DNA from: a virus
Taxonomy: Duplodnaviria; Caudoviricetes
Direction: 5' to 3' (one strand)
DNA: 62,453 bases
Virus record (IMG/VR): IMGVR_UViG_3300022173_000339
Span: 1 to 62,453 of that record
The position numbers and the translations under genes are program-made. Shown here in pieces: positions 45,747 through 55,737 of the stretch. The stretch's first letter is position 1. Each line of letters begins with the position of its first letter. The notes beneath the pieces were generated by a model. It searched no databases, was not told where the DNA came from, and worked only from the letters and a program-made list of their open reading frames with translations.

Positions 45747-47200
45747 TAGAGGAATTCCCCCGGGTTGACGAAGCGCGGGTCCGCGTTGTTCGGCGCGTCG
45801 GTGACGAGGCCGGACTTCTGGCCGAAGGTCTTACGCATCGTGTCGAGGTCGCCTACCTGGCGATCGAGCGGCGCGCCCAGGTCGTAGATCGAGTTGATCG
45901 AGTGGATCGGGTGCGTCTGGTCCATCAGTTCGATCTCGGCCTCCTGCGCGAGCATCACGCCCTGGAAGTGGTGGGCCGTGACCGTGATGATCTGGTAGCG
46001 GCGCGTGACGTTCAGGGCCGCCTCGTAAGAGACGTAATAGGTCTCGCCGTCGGCCGGGCGCTTCGTGCCGAGCCAGAGGATCGCGCTGCCAACGACCGTG
46101 ACGAGGAAGTCGGCGGCGGGGAACGTCGTCTGGTTCGACAGGCCGGAGCCGGTGGCGCCGACCAGGGTGATGAGGAAGAACCCGGCGTCTGCGCCAGACC
46201 CGACCGTCAGCGTCGTGCCGAACGCCTGGGGCTGGGCCGCGCGGTTGAACGCGCGGGCCGCGAGCCCGGCGCTGAACCCAGCGTCGGGGAACAGGGTCTC
46301 GACCGGGTCGGTCTCGCCCGTCGGAGTCTCGCCGTCGGGAGGGGAGATCGGAGCGCGCTTGCCCAGGACGCGCAAGATGCGCGTGTCCGCGTTCGGCGGA
46401 GCGGTCAGGGCGTTGTCCACAGTGAGTTCGCCGCCGGTCAGCACGAAGTCCAGTCCCTCGGCGAAGTCAAATCCGCCGCCGTTCTTGGCCGCGAGGTCGA
46501 AGTCGCCGACGGGGTCGAGGTCCGAGGCCGGGTCGGGCAGGACCGAACCGTCGCGGGTGAGGCTGATCTTGATCACCGAGCGCGCGTTGAGCTTGGCCAG
46601 CGGGTCGATGTCGGCGTTGACCGCGCCCCGGACCACCGGCTCCTGCTGGAAACGGATCAGATCGGTCGATGGCGTGCGGGCCTTGGCCAGGATGAAGTCG
46701 CGGTCGCGGATGATCATGTCGGGCAGGATGTAGAGCACGGGCTTCTGGCTGAGGCTGATGCCCAACTCCGTGAGCTTGCGCGCCAGCGGGTTCGATCCGA
46801 CGTATCCGGCGGTCTTTCCGATCAGGTCGTAGCCGCCGACGAAGCGGGTGCCGAAACAGATGAGGCAGCCGTCCTGGGGCTGGTTCGACTCCTTGTCGAC
46901 GCAGGCGCAGGCCTGGCCGAAGTGCTTCTGGCGGTAGACCAGCATCTCCTCGCCCATGGCCTTGAACGCCAGCGACTGCTGGTAGAGGAACTGATTGACC
47001 TCCAAGCCGACGGCCAGCGCCTGATCCGGCGCGATCTGGGTCGGGCCGTAGGGGTTGGGGAAGTTAGCGGACGGGTCGACCGCGCCCGGCACCGGCGGCG
47101 TGAACGGCGCTGGCGGCGGCGCCGGGACCGGGGCGAATGGCTCCGCCCCTGCCTGGCAGGTGGTGCCGGACGCGAACGTCTTATCCACTGGAGCGCTCAT
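45746..47200 (-). CDS. neck/head-closure protein with Cys cluster
   Basis: GEEMLVY...CAC...CLICFGT.FVGGY, DRDFI, RYQI. Confidence 0.65.
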   Translation of the reverse strand: MSAPVDKTFASGTTCQAGAEPFAPVPAPPPAPFTPPVPGAVDPSANFPNPYGPTQIAPDQALAVGLEVNQFLYQQSLAFKAMGEEMLVYRQKHFGQACACVDKESNQPQDGCLICFGTRFVGGYDLIGKTAGYVGSNPLARKLTELGISLSQKPVLYILPDMIIRDRDFILAKARTPSTDLIRFQQEPVVRGAVNADIDPLAKLNARSVIKISLTRDGSVLPDPASDLDPVGDFDLAAKNGGGFDFAEGLDFVLTGGELTVDNALTAPPNADTRILRVLGKRAPISPPDGETPTGETDPVETLFPDAGFSAGLAARAFNRAAQPQAFGTTLTVGSGADAGFFLITLVGATGSGLSNQTTFPAADFLVTVVGSAILWLGTKRPADGETYYVSYEAALNVTRRYQIITVTAHHFQGVMLAQEAEIELMDQTHPIHSINSIYDLGAPLDRQVGDLDTMRKTFGQKSGLVTDAPNNADPRFVNPGEFL

Positions 47201-48018
47201 CGGACTCGGTATTGCCTCGGTGCGTAGGTCCTGATCTTGAACGGCATCGTCGCGCTGAGCAGGCCCTCGCCGTGGACCGTCCTCATCGTGAAGTTGAGCT
47301 TGATGCTCTTGATCTCAGTGGCGAACGACGCGTCCTCGGTCGAGATCAGCGTGTTGTAGACGCCCGCGCGGTTGATGTTGATCGTGGCGCCGCCGATGCC
47401 CATCGTGAACTCCTTAGCGGCCTCCAGGCTCGACTGCATCCTGAGCGCGGCCAAGCGCGAGGCGACGATGACGTAGTTGTAGAGGTCTTCGGGCATCGTG
47501 TCGAAATTGAAGCTCGTGTTCATCGGGATCGAGTTGACGCGGCTCATCCCCTGGCGAAGGGCCATGAACAGGTCGTCGTCGTCCCAGCGGCGCACGCGCG
47601 GGTCCGGCGGGTTGTCCTTGAGCGAGCGGCGAAGATCGTCGACGAACTGGTTGGCCCGCTGCGACAGGTTGCAGATCGCCTCGGACACCGTGCTCTCGTT
47701 GCCCGCCACGTCGACCGAGGTCATGTAGTAGGTGAAATACTTGACCTCGCCTCCGGTGCCGCCGTCGAGATAGACCAGGGGCGCCGTGTTCGGCACGTTC
47801 GCGATCAGGGCGTCGTTGCGGTAGATGTTGTAACTGACCACGTCGGGCATCGACGCGGGCGCGACCCACGTCAGCTTGATCTGGTTGCGGTTCTTGTCGC
47901 CCCCGGCCGTGGTGTAGATCGCGGCCAGCCCCGTCGGCGGCGTCGGGTGCGTGACGTTGAACGGGTAGAGAAAGAGCAGGTCGAGGACCGAAATGGGCAG
48001 CAGCGTGATATTAGGCAC
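47197..48018 (-). CDS. head-tail adaptor with N-terminal FN3 domain
   Basis: PPTGL...LTW...YNIYRN...VDVAGNES, then LRRSLKD...RWDDDDL helical adaptor domain. Confidence 0.7.
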   Translation of the reverse strand: MPNITLLPISVLDLLFLYPFNVTHPTPPTGLAAIYTTAGGDKNRNQIKLTWVAPASMPDVVSYNIYRNDALIANVPNTAPLVYLDGGTGGEVKYFTYYMTSVDVAGNESTVSEAICNLSQRANQFVDDLRRSLKDNPPDPRVRRWDDDDLFMALRQGMSRVNSIPMNTSFNFDTMPEDLYNYVIVASRLAALRMQSSLEAAKEFTMGIGGATININRAGVYNTLISTEDASFATEIKSIKLNFTMRTVHGEGLLSATMPFKIRTYAPRQYRVR

Positions 48019-48688
48019 TTTGCACCCCCACCCTCTGGAAATCCAGCGCTTCCTTCTCGAACGTGATCATCAGCGGTCGTCCCGGCGTGAACAACGCCGA
48101 CCAGATTCCGCTCGGGTCGGTCTTGACGTGGGCGACGAGGCGGACCTCGGGGTCGAGCGAGAAGTCCTCTATCTTGACCGACGCGTTCTCGACCGGGGTC
48201 CCCGCCTGGTCGCGCACGACGTGCGTGTGCGGGATCGTGCCGGAGACGTTGTCGAAGACGTTGATCCCGCTGATGACCTGGAGATTGTTCACGACCTTGG
48301 TCGCGAATCCGGGCTTGGAGATCGTGAAATTGTAGGACCCCGCGTTGAGGTGCAAGTAGGCGGTGCCGTCTGCCCCGGTCTCCTGCTGCTCGGCGCGGCC
48401 GTGGTCGGTCCCGCCCGTGATGTTGCGGTAGGCGGCGGTGACGGTGACGCCGCTGACCGGGTAGCCGCCGAGGGACGTGACCGCGAACTTCACGATCTCT
48501 CCCTGGATGGTCGAGAGGAAGGTGATGAGCGTGGTCGTCGTCGCCGCCATGTCCGTCGCGTCGATCTCGACCGTGTAGAAGTCGACGACCTGCAACGGCA
48601 GAGTCGCGGTGTAGGCCTGGAGGCCCGTGTCGAACACGACGGTCTGCGGCACGCCGCCGACCTTGATCACGACGGATTGGATGGTCAT
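48011..48688 (-). CDS. Ig-like / carboxypeptidase-regulatory-like virion protein
   Basis: PVSGVTV...TGADG...GSYNFTISKPGF occurs twice in variant form. Confidence 0.7.
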   Translation of the reverse strand: MTIQSVVIKVGGVPQTVVFDTGLQAYTATLPLQVVDFYTVEIDATDMAATTTTLITFLSTIQGEIVKFAVTSLGGYPVSGVTVTAAYRNITGGTDHGRAEQQETGADGTAYLHLNAGSYNFTISKPGFATKVVNNLQVISGINVFDNVSGTIPHTHVVRDQAGTPVENASVKIEDFSLDPEVRLVAHVKTDPSGIWSALFTPGRPLMITFEKEALDFQRVGVQSA

Positions 48689-48814
48689 CTAGCCCACCAC
48701 CTTGACCTGCACCTGCGCCATGCCCGAGACCTCGACGATCCGCACGTCGGTGATCACCGGAACCGGGGTCGGGACGAAGACGTTAGCCAGCGACGGAAAA
48801 GATTGGATCATCAT
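48689..48814 (-). CDS. 41-aa ORF in frame with the downstream gene, separated only by TAG
   Basis: MMIQSFPSLANVFVPTPVPVITDVRIVEVSGMAQVQVKVVG*; ATGA overlap upstream; too short for the ORF track. Confidence 0.6.
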   Translation of the reverse strand: MMIQSFPSLANVFVPTPVPVITDVRIVEVSGMAQVQVKVVG

Positions 48815-51558
48815 GCGACGTTCCCCGACTGCGTCCCGCCGTTATAGGTGACGAAGCCGACGTTGCCGGTGATCGAGGTCTTGGACAGGCCGGTGATCCC
48901 GCCCATGGTCCCGGCGCCGGTCGTGAGGCAGACGTTGCCGGTGATAGCCGCCCTGGTCGAGCCGCTGCCGACGCCGACGAAGTTCGTGACGTTGCCGGAG
49001 CCGGTCATGAGGAAGTAGTTATTCGCCACGACCAGAGACGCGGGCCCCACCACGTCCTCGATGAAGTTGATGCTACCGGCGCTGCTGGAGTAGAAAATCT
49101 GGCAGCCGACGATCGTGAGCGAGCCGTTGCTGCTGCCGGTGAGGATCACCCGGTTCGGCGCGTTCGTCGTGTTGAAATTGAACTGGCAGTTGGAATACAC
49201 GGCGTTGCGGTGCGCCATGCCGTAGGAGCCGAGCAACGAGCCGCCGCCGTTGAACTCGCACGCGCGCATCAGCAGCGCGCCCGTCCCCTGCGCCACGGTC
49301 TCGTTGATGAAATAGACGGTGCCGTTGCCGACCGAGGTCGCGTTGATGAAGCGGACCATATTGAACACGACGAAGGTCCCGCTCACGGTGATGTCGTTCG
49401 TCGTCAGCGTCCCGCGCACGGCGAAGTTCATGTCGACGGTCAGGCTATCCATGCCCGACTCGGTGCTGGAGAATGTGAGGATCGGGACGCTGCCGAGGCC
49501 GGACGCTTGCAGCACCGTGGCGTTGCGGCTCTGACCCTTGACGATCACCTTGGTCGGGACGACCAGCGTCGCGTTGATCGCGTAGGTCCCCTCGCGCAGA
49601 ACGACGGTCCCGCCGCCAGCGGCGTTCGCAGCGGTCAGGGCCGCGCTGACCGCGCTCGTGTCTGTGGCGGCGACGCCGGTCGGGGCCGCGACGACGACTG
49701 TCGCCGAGTAGCCGCCGCCTCCGGGGGTCTGCCAGGACGCGGCGGTCGCGCCCGTCGCGGTCAGGACCTGCCCCGTCGTGGGCGGCGCCGCCGTGCTGAC
49801 CACGACGGACGCGCCAGTGGTCGCCAGCTTGTTCACCGCCGGGTTCGGATAGGTGCCGCCGAGGTCTCCGCCCGCCGAGCCCGAGGGGGTGCGCGCGTCG
49901 CTCAGGCGGGTGTCGTTCGTGCCGCAGGCGATCGGGTCCGGCGCCGAGGCCGGGGCCAGGCTGAGGCGGACCGTGCCCTGGAGCAGTGCGGTCGCGACCG
50001 CCGGGTCCTGCCACGTCGCGTTGCCCGTTGGGTCCGAGGTCAGGACGCGGCCGGTGGCGCCGCCGCTCGTGATCTGGATCGTCTGAGTCGTGAGGCTCGT
50101 CGCGTTCAGATAGGAGACGGTGGTCCCGCCCGTTCCGTCGCGGGACATCAGCGTGTTGGGCGCGCCCGTGTAGGTCGCGGCGGCGACGGCCGCGACCGTG
50201 GAGGCGATGGCCGCGCCGTCGGACAGATCGCCCGAGTCGATCTGGGCCCCGGCGATGCGGAAGGCACCGGCCACGTTCACGTCCCCGTTGACATCGACGC
50301 GGTGGCCGGGGGTCACGGTGCCGAACCCGACGTTTCCGTTCTGCTTGATCATGATGCGGTCGCCCGAGCCGCCGATGACGCCGGACTTGATCACGAGGTC
50401 GCCGATGCCGCCGCCATACCAGTAGACCGTGTCGTCGCCGAGCCGCTGGATGCCCGTGTGGTAGGCGATCTCGGCGGGGACTGTCGCGCTCATGTTCAGG
50501 TCGCCAGCGATGTTGACGCCGTTCTGCGAGATCGAGAACGGGAACGTGATGTTCGACCCGTCACCGGCGGTGGAGATGAAGGCGAAACCGCCGTTCGTAG
50601 AACCATCCGGCCCGCGAGAGACGATCCTCAGATCGGTCCCCGCGTGGTCCATCCCGCCGGACGAGGCGATGTTGCTGGAGAATCCGTTCGGGCCACGGAC
50701 GAGGACGGGGCCGTCGATGTCCAGTTTCTCCTGCGGGGTCGTGATCCCGAGGCCGACGTTCTGGAGGTAGCCGACGTTGAGCACCGGGGTCGCGTGGCCG
50801 TGGACGCCCATCCCCCACGACACCAGCGTCTGATCCCACAGGAGATACCCGCTCTGATCGAGCAGGGTGTTGCTCCCCAGCGTGATGTAGGGGCTCCCGG
50901 CCGGGGCCGAGAATCTGGCGACCTCGACCGTGCCAGTGCCAGCCCGGCTCACCCAGGCGTTGCCCTGCACGTCGAGAGACGCCCCTGGGGTGATCGTCCC
51001 GATCCCGACCCCGGAGGCGCTGGCGAACAGCGCCCCCGCCCCGTAGTCGAAGAAGATGCCGGTGACGTAGGTCCCGTAGCCGCCGCCCGTGTTCGAGTTC
51101 AGGTAGAGGTGCTTCGACGACTCGATCGCGGTGAAGGTCATCGCCAGGTAGTCGGACGGTCCGGCCGCGAGCTTCAGGTGGCCGTAGGGCGCGACCGTGT
51201 TGGTGATGACGAGGGGGAAACCCGCCTCAGGCGTGGCGCCGATGCCGAGACCCTTGAGCGTGTTATCCCAGAGGAGAGCGCCGTCGGAGAGCAGGTTCGA
51301 GCCGCTGGTGAAGAACGAGACCTGACCGGCGGCGCCGCCGCCCGTGATCGAGCCGCCTCCGGCCGTGGCCGGAGCCCAGGACGTGCCGTTGAATACCAAC
51401 GACTGACCCAGGGTCGGCGCCGTCGCGGACACGGGGGTGCCCCGGAGCTTGGTCGACGCGGTGTCGATCGCGAGGAGGTTCGCGTTCATGTCCGCGCCCC
51501 AGAGGTCGTAGGTGGGGTTTATCGGGGGCTGGATCAGGCCGAGATTCGGGGTGGGCAT
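48811..51558 (-). CDS. long fibre/spike protein with C-terminal beta-helix
   Basis: MPTPNLGL...WG...N...ID anchor, VGIGTxTP...LDVxG repeats, AGGDLGGTYPNP, DT.A...AL...GGGTVVL..GTY. Confidence 0.75.
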   Translation of the reverse strand: MPTPNLGLIQPPINPTYDLWGADMNANLLAIDTASTKLRGTPVSATAPTLGQSLVFNGTSWAPATAGGGSITGGGAAGQVSFFTSGSNLLSDGALLWDNTLKGLGIGATPEAGFPLVITNTVAPYGHLKLAAGPSDYLAMTFTAIESSKHLYLNSNTGGGYGTYVTGIFFDYGAGALFASASGVGIGTITPGASLDVQGNAWVSRAGTGTVEVARFSAPAGSPYITLGSNTLLDQSGYLLWDQTLVSWGMGVHGHATPVLNVGYLQNVGLGITTPQEKLDIDGPVLVRGPNGFSSNIASSGGMDHAGTDLRIVSRGPDGSTNGGFAFISTAGDGSNITFPFSISQNGVNIAGDLNMSATVPAEIAYHTGIQRLGDDTVYWYGGGIGDLVIKSGVIGGSGDRIMIKQNGNVGFGTVTPGHRVDVNGDVNVAGAFRIAGAQIDSGDLSDGAAIASTVAAVAAATYTGAPNTLMSRDGTGGTTVSYLNATSLTTQTIQITSGGATGRVLTSDPTGNATWQDPAVATALLQGTVRLSLAPASAPDPIACGTNDTRLSDARTPSGSAGGDLGGTYPNPAVNKLATTGASVVVSTAAPPTTGQVLTATGATAASWQTPGGGGYSATVVVAAPTGVAATDTSAVSAALTAANAAGGGTVVLREGTYAINATLVVPTKVIVKGQSRNATVLQASGLGSVPILTFSSTESGMDSLTVDMNFAVRGTLTTNDITVSGTFVVFNMVRFINATSVGNGTVYFINETVAQGTGALLMRACEFNGGGSLLGSYGMAHRNAVYSNCQFNFNTTNAPNRVILTGSSNGSLTIVGCQIFYSSSAGSINFIEDVVGPASLVVANNYFLMTGSGNVTNFVGVGSGSTRAAITGNVCLTTGAGTMGGITGLSKTSITGNVGFVTYNGGTQSGNVA

Positions 51559-51560
51559 CG

Positions 51561-51893
51561 CTAAACTCCCATGACCGAGACGTTCCCGCCCTCGCCATAG
51601 GGGCGAGAGCCGAAGTCGTTGGGCTCGACGGCGACCAACGTGTAGTAGACGTTCTGGCCCTGGATCGGCTCGTTCAGGTCGTCGAACTGGGTGGCCGCCG
51701 GGCCCAGGTCGTTCACGTCGGCGATCAGCGCTCCGGGCGGAGTCGGCACCGTTCCTCGGAAGAGGCGGTAGCCGACGATCTGGTGCCCGGCCTTGGCCGA
51801 AGCGGAGTAGCCCGACCACTGGACGCGCACGTTCTTCGGCCCGGGGAGCAGGGTCGCGGTCATTCCGGGAGGGGCGATGATCTCGAAGGCCAT
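51561..51893 (-). CDS. single FN3-like domain virion protein
   Basis: APPG...VQW...GYRLFR...F.D...YYTLVAV. Confidence 0.65.
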   Translation of the reverse strand: MAFEIIAPPGMTATLLPGPKNVRVQWSGYSASAKAGHQIVGYRLFRGTVPTPPGALIADVNDLGPAATQFDDLNEPIQGQNVYYTLVAVEPNDFGSRPYGEGGNVSVMGV

Positions 51894-52411
51894 TAGGCGA
51901 GGGCCCCCGGCGCCATGCCGTCGAGGGCGCGGTAGATATCGCGGGGCGTCAGAGACTCGATGTTGCTGTCGATCTTGGCTCCGATCTCGATCAAGATCGA
52001 CGCCGTCAGCTTAGAGCAGAAGAAGGCGCCCTGGCGCTTGCCCAGCGGGTTGGCGATGCGGTAGCCGAACTTGTTCGCGACCTTGACCGCGACGAGGCCG
52101 AAGATCGACGGGATGTCGTAGGGGTCGCCAGCGTTGTCGATCGCGAAGGTCATGACCCGCGTCATCGTCTCGTCCGAGACGCTGAACGAGAACTCGCGCA
52201 CGGTCAGCGCCTCGCGGTTGAACACGGCCTCGCCCATGAAGTTGACGAACAGGCTGCTCGCCTGGTAGATCAGCGAGCGGTCATACTTCGTCGAGTAGAC
52301 CTTGATGAACGTGTGCGAATAGGGCGTGCAGCCGTCGAACAGCCGGATCAGCCAGCTATAGGGAGCGAAGAAGCGGCGAGGCCGGGAGAAGCCGACGATG
52401 ATCTTGCTCAT
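51893..52411 (-). CDS. permuted papain-like NlpC/P60 (YiiX/YebB-like) protein
   Basis: SWLIR...YSH, GDPYD, FFCSKL, TP.D (His precedes Cys). Confidence 0.75.
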   Translation of the reverse strand: MSKIIVGFSRPRRFFAPYSWLIRLFDGCTPYSHTFIKVYSTKYDRSLIYQASSLFVNFMGEAVFNREALTVREFSFSVSDETMTRVMTFAIDNAGDPYDIPSIFGLVAVKVANKFGYRIANPLGKRQGAFFCSKLTASILIEIGAKIDSNIESLTPRDIYRALDGMAPGALA

Positions 52412-53202
52412 AGCTTGTAAAGCTCCAAGAACGTAGCGATCGGCATCTTGTGCCCGGCCGGGTGGTAGAGCAGGAACCTGATCTTGTTCGTGTGGTAGGT
52501 CGCGCTGTATTGCAGCCACTTGGCGGCGCGCCCGTCCGCGTTCACCCCGTCGGCCGCCGGGATAAACCTGAGGTTGACGTTCTGGACGAAGTGCTTGCTC
52601 CCTCCCATCTGCGCGGGAACGTCCGGCACCCCGATCACCGCGATCCGCACATCCTCAGACGGCTGGGTTATGAACTTGAGCTTGCCGCCCGCGATGTAGA
52701 TGTCGTATGGCGGCTCTATGTCGATCTGGGTCTTCACGCAATCGGTGTCCGCCACACCCTGATCGGTGATCAGCGTGCCGTCCGCCTTGTAGAGCTTGAG
52801 CGTGGCGTCCGCCAGGTCCGCGTTCGTCGCGTCCCTGTTCACGACGCTGGACAGGGTCGAGGTCGCGAACTCCACGCCACGGAACTGGAAGTTCCAGCCG
52901 CTGGGCGCGACCTTCGTCCGACTCATGGGCGCGCCGTCCGAGTCCATCTGCACGTTGTCGATCTTTCCGTTGGCCGTGGGCATCACGTTCGCAACGAAGT
53001 CAGCGGCGTCCGGGTTCGGGATCATGGTCCCGGGATCGGCCGGGTTCGGAATTTGCTTGAACAGGTCCATGAACCAGTTGATCCCGTTCTTGTCCGGGCC
53101 GATGATGATGTAGCGATCGTCGACCTCGGAGAACTGGATGGCCAGCGCCTTCCGCGTGATGCAGATGGTCTTGAACTCGGCCCACGAGTTGATGAGGGGC
53201 AT
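52408..53202 (-). CDS. hypothetical virion protein (MPLINSWAEF...)
   Basis: TAATG coupling and GGAGGG SD. Confidence 0.7.
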   Translation of the reverse strand: MPLINSWAEFKTICITRKALAIQFSEVDDRYIIIGPDKNGINWFMDLFKQIPNPADPGTMIPNPDAADFVANVMPTANGKIDNVQMDSDGAPMSRTKVAPSGWNFQFRGVEFATSTLSSVVNRDATNADLADATLKLYKADGTLITDQGVADTDCVKTQIDIEPPYDIYIAGGKLKFITQPSEDVRIAVIGVPDVPAQMGGSKHFVQNVNLRFIPAADGVNADGRAAKWLQYSATYHTNKIRFLLYHPAGHKMPIATFLELYKL

Positions 53203-55439
53203 TAGACTTCCCTCCAGACGAAGGTGATCGACACGGGGATCGTCGCGGTGAGCGCGGTGCCCACGATCGTGCGGACTTCCCATCCCTCGGCCGTTGACGC
53301 GCGGCAGATCAGGCCCTTGCCCGTCTCCTCCGCGTCGAACAGCACGACGGACCCGGTCGCTCCCGAGTCGGTGCCGCCGATGCCTCCGGCCAGAGTCGCG
53401 GCCGAGACGATCATCGTCGACAGGTCTCCGGTCTGCCGGGTAGGCGCCCCGGTCGCACCGGTGCGGAGGATGGCGCTGCTCGCCGCGTCCGCTGGGTCCG
53501 TGGAGTTCACGGTCTGGGACGTGCCGCCCGGCGTCCCGTTCTCCGCTGTGATCCTGGCGAGGCGGAACTGGAAGTTGCCCGCGTTCCCCGCCGTGATCGC
53601 GTAGGACGCGATGATCTTCATGATCTCGTAGCGATTGGTCACGTCAGAGCCATGGAATAAATAGGCGTGGCTCGTGACCGTGGCCGCCCCGGTCCCGGTG
53701 TTGACCGACCCGTTGGTCGACGACATGTAAGTGGCGATGTTCCCGGGGTGTATGGCCACGTCCATCGCCCGCTTGCCGTCGGCCGCGACCGAGGTCAGAG
53801 CGTTCCCCGACCCATCGTAGTTGCTGACCTGGAGCTTGCCCGTGGTGTCGGTGAGCAGGTGGCGCTTCAGGCCGCCGCCGTCCAGGCCCGAGACCGAGAC
53901 CGGCGGGTTGGTGGGCGCGACGCCCACGGCCGCCGTGCCGCGAACCTGGACTCCAGCCTGGTCGCTGGCGATCGTGACCGGGGCCGAACCGGCCATCGTC
54001 TTCTGGCCCAGGGTCCCGAGCTTGCCGTCGATCGACGTGAGCGAGGCATTGCCCGAGGTCTGGAGCGCGGAGGTCGAGGCGCCTGCCGGGAGCGGGAGAG
54101 AGGCGTTGGACACCGGGATCGGGGTGCCGGTCGGCGCGCCCTGGACCGTGATCACGTCGGTCGACGGGGTCCCGGCCACGCCCAGCGCGGGCTGCTTGGC
54201 CGAGGTCGCGGCCCCGGTCGGAAGCGGGAGAGCGGCGGCCGACACGGGCTGGGTCACGGCCGAGCCGTCGACCTTCAGCCCGTTGGCCGTGGTCGTCAGC
54301 TTGCCGTCGATGCTCGACAGGCTGCCGTTCGCCGTCGCCTGGTTCGCGGCCGTCGAGGCCCCGGCCGGGAGCGGGAGGCTCGCGGCGGACACCGGCTGGG
54401 TGACGCCCGAGCCGTCGGTCAGCATCCTGGTGGCGGAGAACGTGAACTTGTTCGTGTCGGTGAGGATCGACTGGAGGGTGGCGTCGAGCGCCACGCCCGT
54501 GATCTTCGTGTCGATGGACGAGAGGTTGGCGTTGCCCGTCACCTGGTTAGCGGCCGTCGCGGCCCCGGTCGGGAGCGGGATGCTCGCGATCGTGACCGGG
54601 ATCGCTGACTGGTCCACGGCGATCACCACGCCGAGCGACGCGGCCATCGTGTGCTGGCCGAGCGCGGCGGGCAGCTTGCCGTCGATCGAAGTGAGCGAGG
54701 CGTTGGCCGTCACCTGGTTGGCTGAGGTCGAGGCCCCGGCCGGGAGCGGGAGGGCGACGGCCGACACCGGCTGCGTGACCTGCGAGTTATCGACGATCAG
54801 GCGCCCGGCCAGGAACGTGAGCTTGTCCAGGTCGGCGAGCACGGAAAGCTGGGTGGCCTCGGTCGAGGCCCCGGCCGGGAGCGGGAGGCTCGCGGCGGAG
54901 ATCGCCACGACCTGGTCCGAGGGCAGGACGACTGGCACCGACCCAAGCATGTTCTTCTGGCCCAGGGAGTTGAGCTTTCCGTCGATCGACGCGGCAGAGA
55001 CCTGGATCGCGGCCAGGCTCGCGATCTCCGTCGCCTGGTTCGCGGCCGTGGACACCGTGGCCAAGATCGTTCCGATGTCGGTGCGCGCCGCGAGCAGCGT
55101 GGCCTGAGTCGCGGCCCCGGTCGGAAGCGGCTGGGAGTTCTGTGTCACGACCAGGGCGAAGTCCACCCCGTCGGTCTTGACCACGACGCGGTCGTCGCTC
55201 GTCCCGTTCTTGATCTCGACCGCTCCGATCTGGATGTCGGAGGCGTCGAGTTCGGCATCGACCTTCAGCCGGTCGCCGACGAAGGAGAACTGGGCGCCCT
55301 GGGTAGCGATCTGCTGGAGGACGGTGAAGTCCTCGTTCGCGAGTGAGAAGCAGACAAGCGACCCGGCGTTTTGGCGCCCGGTGGTTCCGTCCGCGTTTCT
55401 GATCTTCGCGTTGATCTCGGCAGGGATTCCGCTGAACAT
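53202..55439 (-). CDS. repeat-rich fibrous virion protein
   Basis: Seven PLP(A/T)GA(S/A)T repeats and five SID(G/T)K(L/I) repeats; globular C-terminus. Confidence 0.75.
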   Translation of the reverse strand: MFSGIPAEINAKIRNADGTTGRQNAGSLVCFSLANEDFTVLQQIATQGAQFSFVGDRLKVDAELDASDIQIGAVEIKNGTSDDRVVVKTDGVDFALVVTQNSQPLPTGAATQATLLAARTDIGTILATVSTAANQATEIASLAAIQVSAASIDGKLNSLGQKNMLGSVPVVLPSDQVVAISAASLPLPAGASTEATQLSVLADLDKLTFLAGRLIVDNSQVTQPVSAVALPLPAGASTSANQVTANASLTSIDGKLPAALGQHTMAASLGVVIAVDQSAIPVTIASIPLPTGAATAANQVTGNANLSSIDTKITGVALDATLQSILTDTNKFTFSATRMLTDGSGVTQPVSAASLPLPAGASTAANQATANGSLSSIDGKLTTTANGLKVDGSAVTQPVSAAALPLPTGAATSAKQPALGVAGTPSTDVITVQGAPTGTPIPVSNASLPLPAGASTSALQTSGNASLTSIDGKLGTLGQKTMAGSAPVTIASDQAGVQVRGTAAVGVAPTNPPVSVSGLDGGGLKRHLLTDTTGKLQVSNYDGSGNALTSVAADGKRAMDVAIHPGNIATYMSSTNGSVNTGTGAATVTSHAYLFHGSDVTNRYEIMKIIASYAITAGNAGNFQFRLARITAENGTPGGTSQTVNSTDPADAASSAILRTGATGAPTRQTGDLSTMIVSAATLAGGIGGTDSGATGSVVLFDAEETGKGLICRASTAEGWEVRTIVGTALTATIPVSITFVWREV
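54020..55135 (-). repeat. imperfect intragenic repeats encoding QPVSAxxLPLPxGAxTxxxQxxxNxSLxSIDGKL
   Basis: Recurrent plus-strand DNA such as GGTCGAGGCCCCGGCCGGGAGCGGGAG and GCGGCCCCGGTCGGAAGCGG. Bounds approximate. Confidence 0.8.
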
Positions 55440-55440
55440 A

Positions 55441-55737
55441 TTATCCGTTGGCCATCATCTTGAAATCGGTGGGCGCAGTGAACGTGACGAACGCCTTCTT
55501 CGCGAACTCGCCGGTCCAGTCCCAGGCTCCGGCCGCGACGGTGTCACCGGGTCCGACCGTGTCGTTGAACTTGACCGTCACCGGCTGATTGCACTCGACG
55601 TGGATGTCCTTCCTCAGTCCGCCGAAATCGAATTCCTTATCCGTGGCGATCGCCTCGGGGCCATCGACGGAAAAATGGCCGAGCGCCTTGGTCGGCCGCG
55701 TGGAGATGATGCCTTCGACCAGGCGGAATAGGCTCAT
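55441..55737 (-). CDS. small beta-rich hypothetical virion protein (MSLFRLVEG...)
   Basis: ATGA coupling and GGAGG SD. Confidence 0.65.
   Translation of the reverse strand: MSLFRLVEGIISTRPTKALGHFSVDGPEAIATDKEFDFGGLRKDIHVECNQPVTVKFNDTVGPGDTVAAGAWDWTGEFAKKAFVTFTAPTDFKMMANG

Noticed and set aside
54020-55135. CRISPR array or DGR template/variable repeats
   Set aside because: The repeats are in-frame, imperfect and irregularly spaced protein repeats; there is no reverse transcriptase or cas gene in the window.
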